This document shows, piece by piece, positions 61,951-64,000 of a stretch of 64,000 bases of DNA. Positions within the stretch are counted from its first letter, which is position 1; each line of letters begins with the position of its first letter. The position numbers and the translations under genes were made by a program. This stretch comes from Narcine bancroftii (taxonomy: Eukaryota): contig NC_091469.1 of NCBI RefSeq assembly GCF_036971445.1, forward strand, positions 159,278,001 to 159,342,000, given 5' to 3'. The notes under the pieces are model-generated. The model was not told the origin of the DNA. It ran no database searches and was given only the letters and a program-made list of their open reading frames with translations.

Positions 61951-62692
61951 AAATTACTAACCAGCCATTAAAGAAATGTGAGGGGGTACATAGAGGAGAA
62001 AGGTCAGTTAAGATCTCAGGATAGGAGCAGAATTAGGCCATTCAGCCTATTGAATCTGCCCCACCATTTAATAATGAACTGATCCATTTTCCCACTCGGG
62101 CCCACTGCCCATCCTTTCCCCATAACCTTTAATACCCGGGCTAATCAAGAACCAGTCAATCTCTGCCTTAAATGCACCCAATTATGTTCAAAAGCAGAAA
62201 TGCATTTAAAAACAAACAGGATGTTAAATTTAATTTCATCTGTGGAACTGTTTTAAGAGGAAATCAGAAGAGAAATTGGGTCTGCCAGGAATGAGCTGAG
62301 AAAGCACTTGGAACATCAAAGAATGAATCCCCAAAAGGAACAAAGGGCCACGTTGCTTCATCAATTGATGTTTGTCACACAAGCTACAAGAGCAGAAGTA
62401 GGTCATGTTCCACAGACCCTCTGGCTAAAGACATTTCTCCGCATCTCGGTTTTAAACTGATGCCCTTTTATCCTGAAGTTGTGGCCTCTTGTCCTAGACT
62501 CCCCAGGATGGGAAACATCCTTTGCACATCTACTCTGTTCAGGCCTTTCCACATTGAAAATGTCTATGAATCCCCACTCCTCCTTCTGTACTCCAACGAG
62601 TGCCGTCCAAGAGCTGACAAACGCTCCTCATTTGCTAACCCTTTAATTCCTGGTAAATCTGCCTTGAATCCTCTCAAATGCTAGCACATCCT

Positions 62693-62983
62693 TGTGGTGT
62701 GCTGTTAGCCAGAATCAGACACACACAAGGTAAAGACTGTACAACAGGCTTTAATCAATAAAGACTTCTACAGAGCCAGGCTGGCTGTGGCTGCAGCACC
62801 TCTGAGTGAGGCCTCAGGTGGCCGGCGCAGGCTTATATCCCGGAGGATGATTGACACCCGACCGGGTGGGGCTTGATCCATTCAGGCCGTCTGAGTGACA
62901 GTCGGCCAGGTGTTGCCTGTCCCCTTACACTCCTACAGGTACAGAGATTTCCCCCTGCAGTAGGCAGGTGGTGCACCATCACA
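62693..62983. mobile_element. Short solo LTR (291 bp) with 5-bp TSD ATCCT, inside a CR1 fragment (~62020-63020, minus strand)
   Basis: TGTGGTG...CATCACA termini; TSD at 62688-62692 and 62984-62988. Confidence 0.82.
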
Positions 62984-63205
62984 ATCCTTTCTCAAATAAG
63001 GTACCCAAAATTGTACACAGTACAGGTAGACCCTGACCCATGACTCTCCCCACTAATGAGCGAATTTTAAAAAATTTATCCACATTAAAAAAACATAACA
63101 TTTACATGGTTTATGTTGTATTTCACAAACTATATCAGGGATACAAGAGCCAAGATGTGCGTACTTACCTTATTAGTAAGCGTTCCAGATACTGAGGTTG
63201 GGCGT

Positions 63206-63379
63206 GCAAATATGCGAGCCTTCAGAAGGTGCATGCGCTGTGGGGTTCGCGTATCGGAGTTCAGTTGGCGCATGTGGGAGAGTTAAGGATGTAATTTCAA
63301 TATCGTTAGAGTGATTAGCTCTCCCGCATGCGCCAACCGAACTCCGATACGCGAACCCAACAAAGGCTCACTCATTTGC
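63206..63379. repeat. CpG-rich inverted repeat (core arms 63243-63282 and 63319-63358)
   Basis: 40-bp arms with 2 mismatches and imperfect outward extension. Confidence 0.85.
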
Positions 63380-64000
63380 CAATTGAAGACTTGTGCATGG
63401 GTACAGGAATCGAGATATCCGCACCCAGCCCTGTGGCCCCAACTTGGGCCAGAATGTGGAGAGATTTGTTGCCAGGTTTTGGGGTCTTCTGGGCCGGTCA
63501 TATTAGCCATAAAGTTGAAGTGGTTTCTTAATTGAAACTCACGAACAATGGGTGTTGGCTTAAAAGCATTTGTGTGTACACACAGCATTCTACTGGCAGT
63601 TGGACAAAAGAGCAGGACTTTTAATTCAATGACTAACAGACCATCTGGAGTCACATTCACTTATAAGTGGACAGAAATGCTTTTAACATTTAAATATGAA
63701 TTAGCTTTGGAAGTAAGTTCAAAAGGCCATCTGCTGTGGTTCATGCTTTTGGAAAAATGAAACAGAAATGATGTCATGTGGCAGGTGGTGAGAATTTTCG
63801 GAGAAACATATCACTGTAAGGAGAGGCATTTTGAAACCAGAAGGAAGTTGAGCATCCTGGAAAAGGCAGGACTGAAAGACAGTCGCCTCTATCGAGAGAG
63901 AGCAATGCTGTTCTGGATTGTATTATCCTTATCATAGGAGATAGCCCCAATCAGTGGCCATGAAGAAGAGTCACTTCACTGTCTCTTTGACAAAAGAAGC

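Overview
Repeat-dense vertebrate genomic DNA, most likely from a cartilaginous fish. This is inferred from the V-type tRNA-SINEs and the CR1, Rex1, Penelope and L1 repertoire; the species cannot be determined here. One host gene runs on the minus strand across about 50 kb (roughly 59927 to 10216). It has a signal-peptide exon behind a PU.1/IRF-like motif and two tandem V-set Ig exons; the first is clearly Siglec-15-like and keeps the F-strand Arg. These are followed by an uncharged transmembrane exon and several small cytoplasmic exons, one carrying a tyrosine motif. The introns contain a complete 8.3-kb class I endogenous retrovirus (36124-44430) with apparently identical 476-bp LTRs, a 5-bp TSD, a tRNA-Pro PBS, a gag-pol readthrough pseudoknot and an ERV3/HERV-I-type env. 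They also contain a degenerate full-length L1 with a 15-bp TSD, a 3.6-kb 32-bp satellite, and a ~7-kb tandem duplication bounded by three solo LTRs that doubles the tyrosine-motif exon. The left 10 kb holds two head-to-head L1 elements: one apparently intact and one interrupted by CR1 and RTE insertions. Exon models come from splice-site and phase logic only, without transcript evidence. Minor repeat boundaries are approximate.
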